DNA of 64,000 nt, taken from assembly GCF_058153355.1 (NCBI RefSeq), contig NZ_CM177019.1, one strand, 5' to 3'. Positions 13,101-26,992 of this stretch are shown here, piece after piece (the stretch's first letter is position 1; every line of letters begins with the position of its first letter). The position numbers and the translations under genes were made by a program. Under the pieces are notes generated by a model that saw only the letters and a program-made list of their open reading frames with translations, was not told the DNA's origin and made no database searches.

Positions 13101-14171
13101 TTACACCGTCACAACCGGGACCCGTAACGCCAGCGCGCACATCAACTCATAACCCACGGTTCCGGCAGCGGCGGCAACATCATCAATTTTGATCTCCTTG
13201 CCCCACAGCTCAACCGGTGTACCAATACCCGCCTGCGGGCAAGGCGTTAAATCGACCGCCAGCATATCCATCGAGACTGTCCCCACCGTCATGGTACGCA
13301 CGCCGTCGACTAAAACAGGTGTACCGGTAGGCGCGTGGCGCGGATAACCGTCGGCGTATCCTGCGGCAACAATGCCGATTCGTTGCTCATCGCGCGCAGT
13401 ATAGCGACCGCCATAGCCCACACGCTCACCCGCTTTTAGCGTCTGGACTCCAATAATCTCACTGCTTAGCGTCATTACCGGACGTAATCCGGTATTGGCG
13501 ATATCGCGCCACTGACCCGACGGCGAAGCACCATACAAAATAATGCCAGGCCGAACCCAGTCAAAATGCGCTTCCGGATGCCACAGAGTCGCCGCCGAAT
13601 TGGACAATGAACGCCGACATTCCAGCCCTTCCGCCGCCTGCTCAATACGCGCCATTGCGCCGGCAATCCCCTCAGGATGCTCCGCCTCGGCAAAATGCGA
13701 CATCAGAGTCATTTCGCCAACATTCGCCATCGCCCGCAGCTGCTGCCAGACGGTAAGCACACGATCGGGCTGGAAGCCCAACCGATTCATCCCACTGTTC
13801 ACTTTAAGATAAATATCCAACGGCGCTTTTAGCCGCGCATTTTGCAGTGCTTTGAGCTGCCAGTTGCTGTGGACGCAGGTGGTCAGGCGGTACTGGTCAT
13901 AAATCTCCAGATCCTGTGCATGGAAAAAACCCTCCAGCATCAGGATCGGTCCTTTCCAGCCGCGCTCACGTAACGTTATTGCCTCTTCCAGATTAAGTAA
14001 TGCAAAGCCATCGGTGGCCCCTAGCGCGCTCCAGATACGCTCAATACCGTGCCCGTAAGCATTCGCTTTTACCACCGACCAGACACGCGCGTGCGGCGCG
14101 GCCTGCCGGACAATGGAAAGATTCTGTTTTAATGCCTGCAGATCGAGGCTGGCCTGTATCGGACGGGTCAT
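13101..14171 (-). CDS. dadX: Catabolic alanine racemase
   Basis: 356-aa product with PLP-binding N-terminal motif [10 protein letters not shown]. Confidence 0.92.
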   Translation of the reverse strand: MTRPIQASLDLQALKQNLSIVRQAAPHARVWSVVKANAYGHGIERIWSALGATDGFALLNLEEAITLRERGWKGPILMLEGFFHAQDLEIYDQYRLTTCVHSNWQLKALQNARLKAPLDIYLKVNSGMNRLGFQPDRVLTVWQQLRAMANVGEMTLMSHFAEAEHPEGIAGAMARIEQAAEGLECRRSLSNSAATLWHPEAHFDWVRPGIILYGASPSGQWRDIANTGLRPVMTLSSEIIGVQTLKAGERVGYGGRYTARDEQRIGIVAAGYADGYPRHAPTGTPVLVDGVRTMTVGTVSMDMLAVDLTPCPQAGIGTPVELWGKEIKIDDVAAAAGTVGYELMCALALRVPVVTV

Positions 14172-14180
14172 CTCGTTTCC

Positions 14181-15524
<1,344 letters not shown>

Positions 15525-15808
15525 TTACATCTTGATAACTCAGTTGAAAATATTATTCAACATACAGCTTTTTTATGGTGAGCTGGCTCACATCTCCCTG
15601 ACTCTGCAGCAATATGGCATCTTTAGTATCTCCTGCTGAACACCCTTTTTAACCAGCATAAAATTCCGCTCAGAAGCGAATTACTGGCACTCTGATAATA
15701 AGAAATCGCAAAGAAAAAAATTCTTCGGCGACGCGGTTTTTAACAGGTGTTCTATGCTTGAAATGAGGTGTTCCACACAGAGAGCACCGACAACAATGAG
15801 GTGCGCGT

Positions 15809-17341
15809 ATGGCGACGATCGATTCTATGAATAAGGACACCACACGTTTGAGCGATGGACCCGACTGGACGTTTGACCTGCTGGATGTTTATCTGGCAGA
15901 GATAGACCGGGTAGCGAAACTCTATCGGCTGGATACCTACCCGCACCAGATTGAAGTGATCACCTCAGAACAGATGATGGATGCCTACTCCAGCGTCGGC
16001 ATGCCAATTAACTATCCACACTGGTCATTCGGTAAAAAGTTTATCGAGACTGAACGGCTGTATAAGCACGGTCAGCAAGGACTGGCCTATGAAATCGTCA
16101 TTAACTCTAACCCGTGTATCGCTTACCTGATGGAAGAGAACACTATCACCATGCAGGCACTTGTGATGGCCCACGCCTGCTATGGGCATAACTCTTTCTT
16201 CAAAAACAATTACTTATTCCGTAGCTGGACCGACGCCAGTTCGATTGTCGATTATCTGATTTTTGCCCGTAAATATATTACCGAGTGCGAAGAACGTTAT
16301 GGCGTAGATGAAGTAGAGCGGCTTCTTGACTCCTGTCATGCGCTGATGAACTACGGTGTGGATCGGTACAAACGCCCGCAAAAAATCTCGCTGCAAGAAG
16401 AAAAAGCCCGGCAGAAAAGTCGCGAAGAGTATCTGCAAAGTCAGGTCAATATGCTCTGGCGTACCCTGCCGAAGCGCGAGGAAGAGAAAACGGTTGCTGA
16501 AGCGCGCCGCTATCCGCCCGAGCCACAAGAAAACCTGCTCTATTTTATGGAGAAAAATGCACCCCTGCTGGAATCATGGCAGCGTGAAATTCTGCGTATT
16601 GTGCGTAAGGTGAGCCAGTATTTTTATCCGCAAAAACAGACTCAGGTAATGAACGAAGGCTGGGCGACCTTCTGGCACTACACCATCCTTAACCATCTGT
16701 ATGATGAAGGGAAAGTGACGGAACGTTTTATGCTGGAGTTTTTGCACAGCCACACCAATGTGGTTTTCCAGCCGCCCTATAACAGCCCGTGGTACAGCGG
16801 AATAAACCCGTATGCGCTTGGTTTCGCCATGTTCCAGGATATTAAACGGATTTGTCAGTCGCCAACGGAAGAAGACAAATACTGGTTCCCGGATATCGCC
16901 GGTTCTGACTGGCTGGACACATTACATTTTGCGATGCGTGATTTCAAAGATGAGAGCTTTATCAGTCAGTTCCTGTCACCGAAAGTGATGCGTGATTTCC
17001 GCTTCTTCACCGTGCTGGACGACGATCGGCATAATTATCTGGAGATTTCCGCTATTCATAATGAAGAAGGTTATCGGGAGATCCGTAACCGGTTATCGTC
17101 GCAATATAATTTAAGTAATCTGGAGCCGAATATTCAGATCTGGAACGTGGATTTGCGCGGCGACCGTTCGCTGACGCTGCGTTACATTCCACATAATCGC
17201 GCACCGCTGGATCGGGGGCGCAAAGAAGTGCTGAAGCATGTGCATCGCCTGTGGGGATTTGATGTGATGCTGGAACAGCAAAACGAAGACGGCAGCGTCG
17301 AGTTGCTGGAACGTTGCCCGCCGAGAATGGGAAATCTGTAA
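15809..17341 (+). CDS. ycgB: SpoVR-family protein YcgB
   Basis: 510-aa ORF, conserved position between dadA and fadR. Confidence 0.88.
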   Translation: MATIDSMNKDTTRLSDGPDWTFDLLDVYLAEIDRVAKLYRLDTYPHQIEVITSEQMMDAYSSVGMPINYPHWSFGKKFIETERLYKHGQQGLAYEIVINSNPCIAYLMEENTITMQALVMAHACYGHNSFFKNNYLFRSWTDASSIVDYLIFARKYITECEERYGVDEVERLLDSCHALMNYGVDRYKRPQKISLQEEKARQKSREEYLQSQVNMLWRTLPKREEEKTVAEARRYPPEPQENLLYFMEKNAPLLESWQREILRIVRKVSQYFYPQKQTQVMNEGWATFWHYTILNHLYDEGKVTERFMLEFLHSHTNVVFQPPYNSPWYSGINPYALGFAMFQDIKRICQSPTEEDKYWFPDIAGSDWLDTLHFAMRDFKDESFISQFLSPKVMRDFRFFTVLDDDRHNYLEISAIHNEEGYREIRNRLSSQYNLSNLEPNIQIWNVDLRGDRSLTLRYIPHNRAPLDRGRKEVLKHVHRLWGFDVMLEQQNEDGSVELLERCPPRMGNL

Positions 17342-17350
17342 AAACAACAA

Positions 17351-17380
17351 AAAACCCCTCGTTTGAGGGGTTTGCTTTTT
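17351..17380. terminator. Bidirectional intrinsic terminator between ycgB and fadR
   Basis: Hairpin cccctcgtttgagggg flanked by A-run upstream and T-run downstream. Confidence 0.6.
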
Positions 17381-17392
17381 AAACGGAAGGGA

Positions 17393-18112
17393 TTATCGCC
17401 CCTGAATGGCTAAATCACCCGGCAGATTTTTCTGCATCCGGTGCCAAATCTCGCCGCTCTCATGCCCATAGCGACGCACTGTTTCGTATACCTGATCGTG
17501 TGCGCCTTCACTGCACAACGCCGACAGTTTGTGGTAGAAGCCCAGCGCCAGACTGCGCGCTTCCGGATTGGCGAAATAGTGACGACCAATGCGCGTATAC
17601 AGCCCTTTCATCCCGTTAAGGATCAGACCGTAAATCGGGTTGCCGGAAGCAAACGCCAGACCGCGGAATATGTTGTAATCCAGCTCGGCAAAGGCATCGG
17701 CGTGATCGGCCACTTCATTAGCGGTAGCCAGCACTTCCTGCGCTTTATCGGGATGTTGACGAAACGCGGTGCGAATAAAAATCGTTGAAATATTGGTACG
17801 CACCGACAGCAAATTATCAATAAGCTGCGGCACACTTTCGTGATCCAGTCGCGCCAGTGTTTCAAGGATATTTAAACCGGAGGTTTCCCAGAAATTATTC
17901 ACCTTCGTCGGCTTGCCATGTTGAATGGTCAACCAGCCATCTCGTGCCAGGCGCTGTAACACTTCACGTAACGTAGTACGCGTTACGCCAATTAATTCTG
18001 AAAGTTCACGTTCTGCGGGCAAAATAGTCCCGGGAGGGAAGCGGTTATTCCAGATACTTTCAATAATGTACTCTTCCGCGAAACCCGCCGGGCTTTGCGC
18101 CTTAATGACCAT
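17393..18112 (-). CDS. fadR: Fatty acid metabolism regulator FadR (GntR family)
   Basis: 239-aa product [21 protein letters not shown]...; track ORF carries an 8-codon upstream extension. Confidence 0.93.
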
Positions 18113-18333
18113 AGTGAGATTTCCATAACACAGCAAAACAAAGTTGGACTCATCATACCAGAGGGCTAACTACGCTGATAGCAGACAAAAAGAAGAAAAA
18201 AGGGATCAAGGCTTCATTTTCCGCATCTCTTTACCCTTGACTATCAAGACTTGCCTCACTCCTGCCTGACCGTTAAGCTTTGCGTTTAAACATAAAAACA
18301 TCATTGATTATTTGTAAGGTAAGGGAAACCATC

Positions 18334-19875
18334 ATGGAGATCTCCTGGGGCCGCGCGCTATGGCGCAATTTTTTGGGCCAGTCCCCCGACTGGTACAAAC
18401 TCGCCCTCATCATTTTCTTAATCGTAAATCCGTTAATTTTCCTCATCAGCCCTTTCGTCGCTGGCTGGTTGCTGGTAGCGGAATTTATTTTCACTCTGGC
18501 GATGGCCCTGAAATGCTACCCGCTACTTCCCGGTGGCCTGTTGGCTATCGAAGCGGTATTCATCGGCATGACCAGCGCGGAACACGTCCGTGAAGAGGTG
18601 GCGGCAAATCTTGAAGTCTTGCTGTTACTGATGTTTATGGTGGCGGGTATCTATTTTATGAAACAGCTGTTGCTGTTCATATTTACCCGTTTGCTGTTAA
18701 GCATTCGCTCCAAAATGCTGCTGTCGCTCTCTTTTTGCGTGGCAGCGGCGTTCCTCTCCGCGTTCCTCGATGCCTTAACCGTCGTGGCGGTGGTGATCAG
18801 CGTTGCCGTCGGTTTTTATGGTATTTATCACCGCGTAGCCTCTTCCCGTACTGAAGATACCGACCTGCAAGACGATAGTCATATCGACAAGCATTACAAA
18901 GTGGTTCTGGAACAGTTCCGTGGCTTTCTGCGCAGCCTGATGATGCATGCAGGTGTCGGCACCGCATTAGGCGGCGTGATGACCATGGTGGGCGAACCAC
19001 AGAACTTGATCATCGCTAAAGCGGCTGGCTGGCATTTTGGCGATTTCTTCCTGCGCATGTCGCCGGTGACCGTCCCGGTTCTGATTTGTGGCCTGTTAAC
19101 CTGCCTGCTGGTGGAGAAGCTACGTTGGTTTGGCTACGGCGAAACGCTGCCGGAGAAAGTCCGCGAAGTGCTGCAACAGTTTGACGATCAAAGTCGCCAC
19201 CAGCGTACCCGTCAGGATAAAATTCGTCTGATTGTCCAGGCGATTATCGGCGTCTGGCTGGTCACCGCGCTGGCGTTGCATTTGGCGGAGGTTGGCCTGA
19301 TTGGTTTGTCGGTCATTATTCTGGCGACATCATTGACTGGTGTCACTGATGAACATGCTATCGGTAAAGCCTTCACCGAATCTCTGCCATTCACCGCACT
19401 GTTGACGGTGTTTTTCTCGGTAGTCGCGGTGATTATCGACCAACAACTGTTTTCGCCGATTATTCAGTTTGTGTTGCAGGCATCGGAACATGCTCAGCTG
19501 TCGCTGTTCTATATTTTCAACGGTCTGCTGTCATCCATTTCGGATAACGTCTTCGTGGGGACGATTTATATCAACGAAGCGAAAGCGGCAATGGAAAGTG
19601 GCGCTATCACGTTGAAGCAATACGAGCTGCTGGCGGTCGCCATTAATACCGGTACCAATCTGCCCTCCGTCGCTACGCCGAACGGTCAGGCTGCGTTCCT
19701 GTTCCTGCTGACCTCTGCACTCGCGCCATTGATTCGCCTCTCTTATGGGCGCATGGTGTGGATGGCCCTGCCTTACACCCTCGTCCTGACACTCGTCGGC
19801 TTGCTCTGCGTCGAGTTTACGCTTGCCCCTGTAACCGAATGGTTTATGCAAATGGGCTGGATAGCAACGCTTTGA
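18334..19875 (+). CDS. nhaB: Na+/H+ antiporter NhaB
   Basis: 513-aa product starting [23 protein letters not shown]...; track ORF starts 18 codons upstream. Confidence 0.92.
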
Positions 19876-19885
19876 TAACAACTTA

Positions 19886-19915
19886 CCGGGCATATAAATG
19901 CCCGGTTTGCCTTTT
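19886..19915 (+). terminator. Intrinsic terminator downstream of nhaB
   Basis: Hairpin ccgggcatataaatgcccgg followed by T-rich tract. Confidence 0.55.
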
Positions 19916-20020
19916 CGCCCGATAATTGTCCAATTGCGTCCTATTTTTGCTGCCTCCTGGTGGCGCAGCGAATGAATTGGTTTAAACTGCGCACTCTATG
20001 CATATTGCAGGGAAATGATT

Positions 20021-20551
20021 ATGTTGCGATTTTTGAATCAATGTTCACAAGGTCGGGGCGCGTGGCTGTTGATGGCGTTTACCGCTCTGGCACTGGAACT
20101 GACGGCGCTGTGGTTCCAGCATGTGATGTTACTGAAACCTTGCGTGCTCTGTATTTATGAACGCTGCGCATTATTCGGCATTCTGGGTGCTGCGCTGATT
20201 GGCGCGATCGCCCCGAAAACTCCGCTGCGTTATGTAGCGATGATTATCTGGTTGTATAGTGCGTTCCGCGGTGTGCAGTTAACTTACGAGCACACCATGC
20301 TTCAGCTCTATCCTTCGCCGTTTGCGACCTGTGATTTTATGGTTCGTTTCCCTGACTGGCTGCCGCTGGATAAATGGGTACCGCAAGTGTTTGTCGCCTC
20401 TGGCGATTGTGCCGAGCGTCAGTGGGAATTTTTAGGTCTGGAAATGCCGCAGTGGCTGCTCGGTATTTTTATCGCTTACCTCATTGTCGCGGTGCTGGTG
20501 GTGATTTCCCAGCCGTTTAAAGCGAAAAAACGTGACCTGTTCGGTCGCTAA
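20021..20551 (+). CDS. dsbB: Disulfide bond formation protein B
   Basis: 176-aa product [20 protein letters not shown]... with the CVLC redox motif. Confidence 0.93.
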   Translation: MLRFLNQCSQGRGAWLLMAFTALALELTALWFQHVMLLKPCVLCIYERCALFGILGAALIGAIAPKTPLRYVAMIIWLYSAFRGVQLTYEHTMLQLYPSPFATCDFMVRFPDWLPLDKWVPQVFVASGDCAERQWEFLGLEMPQWLLGIFIAYLIVAVLVVISQPFKAKKRDLFGR

Positions 20552-20595
20552 TCCATTTGGCGCTCCTGCGGGAGCGCTTTTTGCTGCCGCTATGT

Positions 20596-21864
20596 TCATT
20601 TGACCCGCAGTAAATCCGTACTTCGTGTTGTATAACGTGGTGAAAGCATGGCACGCTTCATCTGCCATTGTTGCTGGATCCCCTGCCCGGCAAAATAGAG
20701 TGTTCCTCTGCCCTCTTTGGCATTCAGCGTATCCATCACCGTCATCAATTGCTCACTCCCGGGACGCGGTGCATTGTCATCGAATAAATTGAGCTGCGCG
20801 ACTCCCTGACTGAAAAAATCGCCCAGCATCACGCCTGCTTTTTGGTAGCGATGGCCCGCTTGCCAGATGGCATCCAGAGATCGCGTAGCGGCGTTAATAA
20901 TATCCCTGCTGTCCTGAGTGGGCGTCAGCAGTTTTACCGACGCACTATTGCCGTAATAAGGTTCATTGAGCGCGAATGGCGACGTTTTTATAAATGTGGA
21001 GATAAACCGACAATATTGATGCTCGCTGCGAAGTTTTTCCGCCGCCCGGGCAGCGTAACTACAAATGGCCTGCCGCATCGACGTATAATCCGTGATGCGT
21101 TCACCAAACGAGCGGGAACAGATAATTTCCTGCTTCGTCGGTGCAAACTCTTCCAGCTGCAAACAGGGTTCGCCGCGCAGTTCACGCACCGTTCTTTCGA
21201 GCACTACATTAAAATGTTTACGGATAAACCGGATATCTGTATCCGCCAAATCGAGAACGGTTTTGATCCCCATCGCGTCCAGTTTTTTGCTGATCCGCCG
21301 TCCAATCCCCCAGACTTCATCCACGGGGAGAGCAGACATTAATTTACGCTGGCGTTCCAGATTTGATAAATCCACCACCCCACCCGTCTGCCGCTGCCAT
21401 TTTTTTGCCGCATGATTGGCAAGCTTAGCCAGCGTTTTGGTCTGGGCGATCCCCACACCAACAGTAAGATGGGTACGTTGTAGCACCGTTGCGCGAATTT
21501 CTCTGCCAAAATCAGTCAGATCGCGACAATTAAGCACACCGGTCAGATCGCAGAATGCCTCATCAATACTGTAAATCTCGACGCGGGGCGATAGCTCTTC
21601 CAGCGTCGACATCACCCGATTGCTCATATCGGCGTAAAGCTCATAGTTACTGCTAAAGCAAACCACGCCACAGCGGCGAAACAGATCTTTTTGTTTGAAC
21701 CAGGGATCGCCCATTTTAACGCCCAGCGCCTTTGCCTCAGCGTTTCGGGCGATAACGCAACCGTCATTATTCGATAGCACAACCACCGGTTTACCCCATA
21801 AATCAGGGCGAAACACCGTCTCACAGCTGGCATAAAAAGCGTTTACATCACAGAGGGCAAACAT
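20596..21864 (-). CDS. umuC: DNA polymerase V catalytic subunit UmuC (Y-family)
   Basis: 422-aa product [15 protein letters not shown]...; start overlaps the umuD stop. Confidence 0.93.
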   Translation of the reverse strand: MFALCDVNAFYASCETVFRPDLWGKPVVVLSNNDGCVIARNAEAKALGVKMGDPWFKQKDLFRRCGVVCFSSNYELYADMSNRVMSTLEELSPRVEIYSIDEAFCDLTGVLNCRDLTDFGREIRATVLQRTHLTVGVGIAQTKTLAKLANHAAKKWQRQTGGVVDLSNLERQRKLMSALPVDEVWGIGRRISKKLDAMGIKTVLDLADTDIRFIRKHFNVVLERTVRELRGEPCLQLEEFAPTKQEIICSRSFGERITDYTSMRQAICSYAARAAEKLRSEHQYCRFISTFIKTSPFALNEPYYGNSASVKLLTPTQDSRDIINAATRSLDAIWQAGHRYQKAGVMLGDFFSQGVAQLNLFDDNAPRPGSEQLMTVMDTLNAKEGRGTLYFAGQGIQQQWQMKRAMLSPRYTTRSTDLLRVK

Positions 21865-22283
21865 CAGCGCATCGCCTTAACGACGTGGATCACCACACCA
21901 AAGACATCCAGCGTATCTTCGCTACTGATGGTAATGGGTGAATATGCACTGTTCATGGGAATAAGCTGCACAGTCGGGCGTAGTTGCAATTTTTTCACCG
22001 TAAACTCGCCGTCAACAGCAGCGATGACAATATCACCATGGCTGGCGGTAATAGCGCTATCGACAATCAGTAAATCACCGTCACTAATCCCACCGTCAAT
22101 CATAGAATCACCACTTGCTTTGACGAAGTAAGTCGCGCTGGGGTGCTGGATCAACAGTTGATTCAGATCGATGCGCTGTTCAACGTAATCTGCGGCCGGT
22201 GAAGGAAAGCCACACTGAACAAGATCGCTAAATAGCGGAAAAGTCACAATTTCGCGGAGATCCGCAGGCTTGATAAACAACAT
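21864..22283 (-). CDS. umuD: DNA polymerase V subunit UmuD (LexA-like S24 peptidase)
   Basis: 139-aa product [18 protein letters not shown].... Confidence 0.93.
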
Positions 22284-22302
22284 AATAATCTGCCTGAAGT
22301 TA

Positions 22303-22322
22303 TACTGTTTTTATATACAGTA
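22303..22322. promoter_or_regulatory. LexA operator (SOS box) upstream of umuDC
   Basis: Palindrome TACTGTttttatatACAGTA matching the CTGT-N8-ACAG LexA consensus, about 20 bp upstream of the umuD start. Confidence 0.8.
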
Positions 22323-22655
22323 GTCTATTCTTGCCAGCAGATCAATACTGATTCAGGCTATCAATATTTGTCGCAGCATAGGCTGCTGATTTTTCGTTCT
22401 CTTATCCTGTGCTCGCGCGGCCTTCTGGCGCCAGCATTCATCCAGCAGAAAGGAAAAATATCGCCCGGTTTAAAAATAGAATGGAAGCATTCGCCATAAT
22501 GACATTAAACATTGTTTGATATTTATCATATTAATATAAATAAAGACATTGACGCATCTCGCCCGGCTAACTATGAATTAGATGAAGTAAAATGCATTAA
22601 TAGTTGTAAAACAGGAGTTTCATTACAATTTATATATTTAAAGAGGCGAATGATT

Positions 22656-23567
22656 ATGACTGAAATCGTTGCAGATAAAACGGTAGAGGTAGTTAAAAAC
22701 GCAATCGAAACCGCAGATGGAGCATTAGACCTTTATAATAAATATCTCGATCAGGTCATCCCCTGGCAGACCTTCGATGAAACCATAAAAGAGCTAAGTC
22801 GCTTTAAACAGGAATATTCACAGGCAGCCTCCGTTTTAGTTGGCGATATTAAAACCTTACTTATGGATAGCCAGGATAAGTATTTTGAAGCAACCCAAAC
22901 GGTGTATGAATGGTGTGGTGTTGCGACGCAATTGCTCGCAGCATATATTTTGCTATTTGATGAGTACAATGAGAAGAAAGCATCCGCCCAGAAAGACATT
23001 CTCATTAAGGTGCTGGATGACGGCATCAAGAAACTGAATGAAGCACAAAAATCTCTGCTGGTAAGCTCACAAAGTTTCAACACCGCTTCCGGAAAACTGC
23101 TGGCGTTAGATAGCCAGTTAACCAATGATTTTTCAGAAAAAAGCAGCTATTTCCAGTCACAGGTAGATAAAATCAGGAAGGAAGCGTATGCCGGTGCCGC
23201 AGCCGGTGTCGTCGCCGGTCCATTTGGATTAATCATTTCCTATTCTATTGCTGCGGGCGTAGTTGAAGGGAAACTGATTCCAGAATTGAAGAACAAGTTA
23301 AAATCTGTGCAGAGTTTCTTTACCACCCTGTCTAACACGGTTAAACAAGCGAATAAAGATATCGATGCTGCCAAATTGAAATTAACCACCGAAATAGCCG
23401 CCATCGGGGAGATAAAAACGGAAACTGAAACAACCAGATTCTACGTTGATTATGATGATTTAATGCTTTCTTTGCTAAAAGAAGCGGCAAAAAAAATGAT
23501 TAACACCTGTAATGAGTATCAGAAAAGACACGGTAAGAAGACACTCTTTGAGGTACCTGAAGTCTGA
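22656..23567 (+). CDS. hlyE: Pore-forming hemolysin E / cytolysin A
   Basis: 303-aa product MTEIVADKTVEVVKNAIETADGALDLYNKYLDQ...; track ORF has a 48-codon upstream extension. Confidence 0.92.
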   Translation: MTEIVADKTVEVVKNAIETADGALDLYNKYLDQVIPWQTFDETIKELSRFKQEYSQAASVLVGDIKTLLMDSQDKYFEATQTVYEWCGVATQLLAAYILLFDEYNEKKASAQKDILIKVLDDGIKKLNEAQKSLLVSSQSFNTASGKLLALDSQLTNDFSEKSSYFQSQVDKIRKEAYAGAAAGVVAGPFGLIISYSIAAGVVEGKLIPELKNKLKSVQSFFTTLSNTVKQANKDIDAAKLKLTTEIAAIGEIKTETETTRFYVDYDDLMLSLLKEAAKKMINTCNEYQKRHGKKTLFEVPEV

Positions 23568-23773
23568 TAAGCGATTATTCTCTCCATGTACTCAAGGTAT
23601 AAAGTTTATCACATTTAAAAATACAGACGTTTTTTAAAGATTGAGAGTTACCTGTTAATAATAAGGTATCGGGTAACTCTCATTATGACAGAGCGCTTTC
23701 AAAAACAGGGCTACGAAATGGCGAGCATCCAGACGTATATTAAGAAAGCCCCCATCAACATCTATTAAATTTA

Positions 23774-24235
23774 TCACTGCGCCCAGTCAGGTTTATTTAA
23801 GATATGATCCTGCCAGTCAATCACTTCTGATTCTTTCACTGCGATATGACGCACAGAGATACGTTCGCCATGCATTGCCGCTTTCGAACCAGTAAGCAGC
23901 GGATGCCACGCAGGTAAATCTTTACCTTCCGCCAGCAAGCGATAAGCGCAGGTTATTGGCAACCATTCGAATGTTGGCAGATTTTCACGGGTTAGTTTAA
24001 TGCAGTCGGGTTCAAACTCGAAACGACGCTCGTAGTTCCGACATTGACAGGTTTTAATATTGAGCTGGCGACAGGCGACGTTAGTGAAGTAGATTTCGTC
24101 GGTGTCTTCGTCCATTAGTTTATGCAGACAACACTGACCGCAACCATCACACAACGACTCCCATTCCGCATCGCTCATTTCGTCCAGGGTTTTACTTTGC
24201 CAGAAAGGTACATCGCTCATCAGGTGTTCCGCCAT
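23774..24235 (-). CDS. ycgN: UPF0260-family Cys-rich protein YcgN
   Basis: 153-aa product [20 protein letters not shown]... with CxxC clusters. Confidence 0.88.
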   Translation of the reverse strand: MAEHLMSDVPFWQSKTLDEMSDAEWESLCDGCGQCCLHKLMDEDTDEIYFTNVACRQLNIKTCQCRNYERRFEFEPDCIKLTRENLPTFEWLPITCAYRLLAEGKDLPAWHPLLTGSKAAMHGERISVRHIAVKESEVIDWQDHILNKPDWAQ

Positions 24236-24311
24236 TACGTTAAAACGCACCTTATAACCAGTCTGGCACAGCGATGCAAGTTTTGCCGCCGCTTTCAGGC
24301 GGCAAAAAGTA

Positions 24312-24971
24312 TTACAAAACGCGAGTTGTCAAAGAATGTCCATCGAAAGTAACCGTCAGCTCATCACCGCTTTGCAAGGGGCCGACGCCATCAGGCGTGC
24401 CTGTCAGCACAACGTCACCGGCCTTGAGGGTAAAAAACTTGCTCATATAAGCGATCAGCGGAACGATTTTATGGATCATGTCCGCAGTCGTACCTTGCTG
24501 GCGTTGTTCGCCGTTGACGCTCAGGCCCAGCACTGTATTTTGCGGATCGCCGGTGAATTCCGCCGCTGGAATAAACCCGGAAAGCGGACAAGAGTTATCA
24601 AACGCTTTGGCCTTTTCCCACGGCTGCCCGGCTTTCTTCATTTTTCCCTGAACATCACGCAATGTCAGATCGAGCGCCACGCCGTAACCGGCAATTGCTT
24701 TGCGGACATGCTCTTCCGTAGCCTGACGTAGCGTCGCGCCAATCAACACCGCCAGTTCGACTTCATGATGAACTGAACCGAAATCGGAAGGGATCGCCAA
24801 TGGCTGCCGCAGATCGCACAGTGCCGTCTCTGGTTTAATAAACAGCACTGGCTCTTCGGGCACTGCACTGCCCATCTCTTTAATATGTTTGGCATAGTTA
24901 CTGCCAACACAGACTACTTTACTCACCGGATAATCCAGCAGCGCACCTTGCCAGTTGTGATGTTGATACAT
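24312..24971 (-). CDS. ycgM: Fumarylacetoacetate hydrolase-family protein YcgM
   Basis: 219-aa product [26 protein letters not shown].... Confidence 0.88.
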   Translation of the reverse strand: MYQHHNWQGALLDYPVSKVVCVGSNYAKHIKEMGSAVPEEPVLFIKPETALCDLRQPLAIPSDFGSVHHEVELAVLIGATLRQATEEHVRKAIAGYGVALDLTLRDVQGKMKKAGQPWEKAKAFDNSCPLSGFIPAAEFTGDPQNTVLGLSVNGEQRQQGTTADMIHKIVPLIAYMSKFFTLKAGDVVLTGTPDGVGPLQSGDELTVTFDGHSLTTRVL

Positions 24972-25041
24972 AATGTTCCCCTCACTTATCGTGGATATGA
25001 AAACCCGCGCCGACAAAGATAATGCCACCGCCGGATATCGG

Positions 25042-25368
25042 TTATTTGTTAGTGTCGTCTGTTTTCTGCCCCATTACGGAAAGATGTTGCTTCAGCAAAT
25101 CTTCGGGGGGTGGCGGTAACTGCAGATAGTAACCTTGCTCGGTTAATGCCAGTTTAACCTTCTCAATATCGGCATTGACCAATTTCTTCCGCCCATCCAG
25201 CGGCAGAATCATCGCTAACTGAGGCTGACCAAAACCTTTCATCAGTTCCTCAGGAACACGCGAAAAATCGTCTTTTTTTTCGACATATAAATAGGTCTGG
25301 TCACGCTTGCTGCTTCGATAAATCACACAAAACATACATTTACTCTTTAAAATGCCAGGTTTTGGCAT
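25042..25368 (-). CDS. ycgL: YcgL-domain protein
   Basis: 108-aa product [29 protein letters not shown].... Confidence 0.88.
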   Translation of the reverse strand: MPKPGILKSKCMFCVIYRSSKRDQTYLYVEKKDDFSRVPEELMKGFGQPQLAMILPLDGRKKLVNADIEKVKLALTEQGYYLQLPPPPEDLLKQHLSVMGQKTDDTNK

Positions 25369-25574
25369 AAGCTAACATCAATGAAACCCGCGCCACAAGC
25401 CAGCCAGCTGTAGATTTCTGCGGTTTGTTCAATCCATGCGCCCTTTATAAGTAATCCCCGGCAAGAATACCGCACCAGGATTTTACCGAATACAGGAAAG
25501 CCACTGGAATTCCTCCGTAAGGAATTGTTATATTATAACAGTTCATCGTACTCATTCTGAACAGGAGACTACCT

Positions 25575-25976
25575 ATGAAAATCAAGGGCATCAGTAAGGG
25601 TGTATTGCTGCTTGCACTGCTAACCTCTACGAGCTTTGCTGCAGGTAAGAATGTCAATGTTGAGTTCAGAAAAGGTCATAGCAGCGCTCAGTACTCCGGC
25701 GAAATAAAGGGATATGATTACGATACATATACCTTCTATGCCAAAAAAAGCCAGAAAGTGCATGTGAGTATCTCTAATGAAGGCGCTGATACTTACCTCT
25801 TCGGACCAGGGATCGATGATTCTGTTGATTTATCCAGATATTCCCCAGAACTCGATAGTCACGGACAATACGCACTCCCAGCTTCTGGCAAATATGAGCT
25901 GCGTGTGCTGCAAACTCGAAATGACGCCCGTAAAAACAAAACTAAAAAATATAACGTTGATATTCAAATTAAGTAA
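25575..25976 (+). CDS. pliG: Periplasmic inhibitor of g-type lysozyme (PliG/YcgK)
   Basis: 133-aa secreted protein with N-terminal signal peptide. Confidence 0.85.
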   Translation: MKIKGISKGVLLLALLTSTSFAAGKNVNVEFRKGHSSAQYSGEIKGYDYDTYTFYAKKSQKVHVSISNEGADTYLFGPGIDDSVDLSRYSPELDSHGQYALPASGKYELRVLQTRNDARKNKTKKYNVDIQIK

Positions 25977-26119
25977 ATGTCAATCGACGGGGACTCTCCC
26001 CGTCATAAACGTTATCGCCCCCACGCCTCTCTGTCGCTCAAGAGGTTAATGACGAATATAAAGAAGGCTATGCGACGACGAGCTGAAAATGCTGAATAGA
26101 ACATAATGTAAACAAGACA

Positions 26120-26458
26120 TCACTCACGACACATAAATAACATCTTTGTGGTGGTTTGATTGATTTTCCCACTCCGCTGACCATCCATACCAAAATAACG
26201 ATCATCACGACATAATTTTTCTTTAACATCGCAAAATACACCGTTAGAGAATGTAAATTGGCTGGGATCGTAGCCTTCTACTGATTGCAAGTTATCCGCA
26301 GCTTTTTCACCGAGATATTTCCTTGTTAACTCAGGGGAAATGCCATCTAAGTCAACACAAATATACGGGTCGCAAACAACGCCACACGCCGGCGATTGAA
26401 GTCCGCCGGCGTCATTTCCAGACGCCATTGATGAGAACATCATCCCCACACCTGACAA
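26120..26458 (-). CDS. ycgJ: Small conserved protein YcgJ
   Basis: 112-aa ORF, conserved position between pliG and minC. Confidence 0.8.
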   Translation of the reverse strand: MSGVGMMFSSMASGNDAGGLQSPACGVVCDPYICVDLDGISPELTRKYLGEKAADNLQSVEGYDPSQFTFSNGVFCDVKEKLCRDDRYFGMDGQRSGKINQTTTKMLFMCRE

Positions 26459-26992
26459 TCCGATATAAAAAATAGCACATCCTGAGAAACCAACCGTACA
26501 ACACTTATGCTCATTTCATCATCAACTCATAATCAAAACCGCTGACCTGGACGAGTTACGATGACCTGACAGAAGCATCAGACATCTTCTGCGGATTCTA
26601 TGATAGAGCAATTGTTCAGCTGATATTAAGATAAAGGTGGCCGTCTTTTAATGGCGTTGAAAGAAATGTAAAGTTAAGAAAGCTTAGCGATGGTGAAAAA
26701 ATATGCTTGCCTCAACACTGGATATTTAAACAGTTCTCATGAGATTGTCACGATTAGGGTGCGGAAAAAGGAAGCGTAAATAAGAACAATCAAAAGTACG
26801 ACGGCAATAGGTTGATTGACAAGGGTATTTTTTAAGCTATGAATCAGCGCCATTTATCACAGAATAGACTTTTACTCTGAATAAATGGGAGGGTGACTTG
26901 CCTCAATATAATCCAGACTATAACATGCCTTATAGTCTTCGTAACATCATCGCGCGCTGGCGATGATTAATAGCTAATTGAGTAAGGCCAGG

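Noticed and set aside
20842-21415. ORFs of 166 and 107 aa overlapping umuC on the plus strand
   Set aside because: Antisense to umuC and without ribosome-binding context; typical shadow ORFs.
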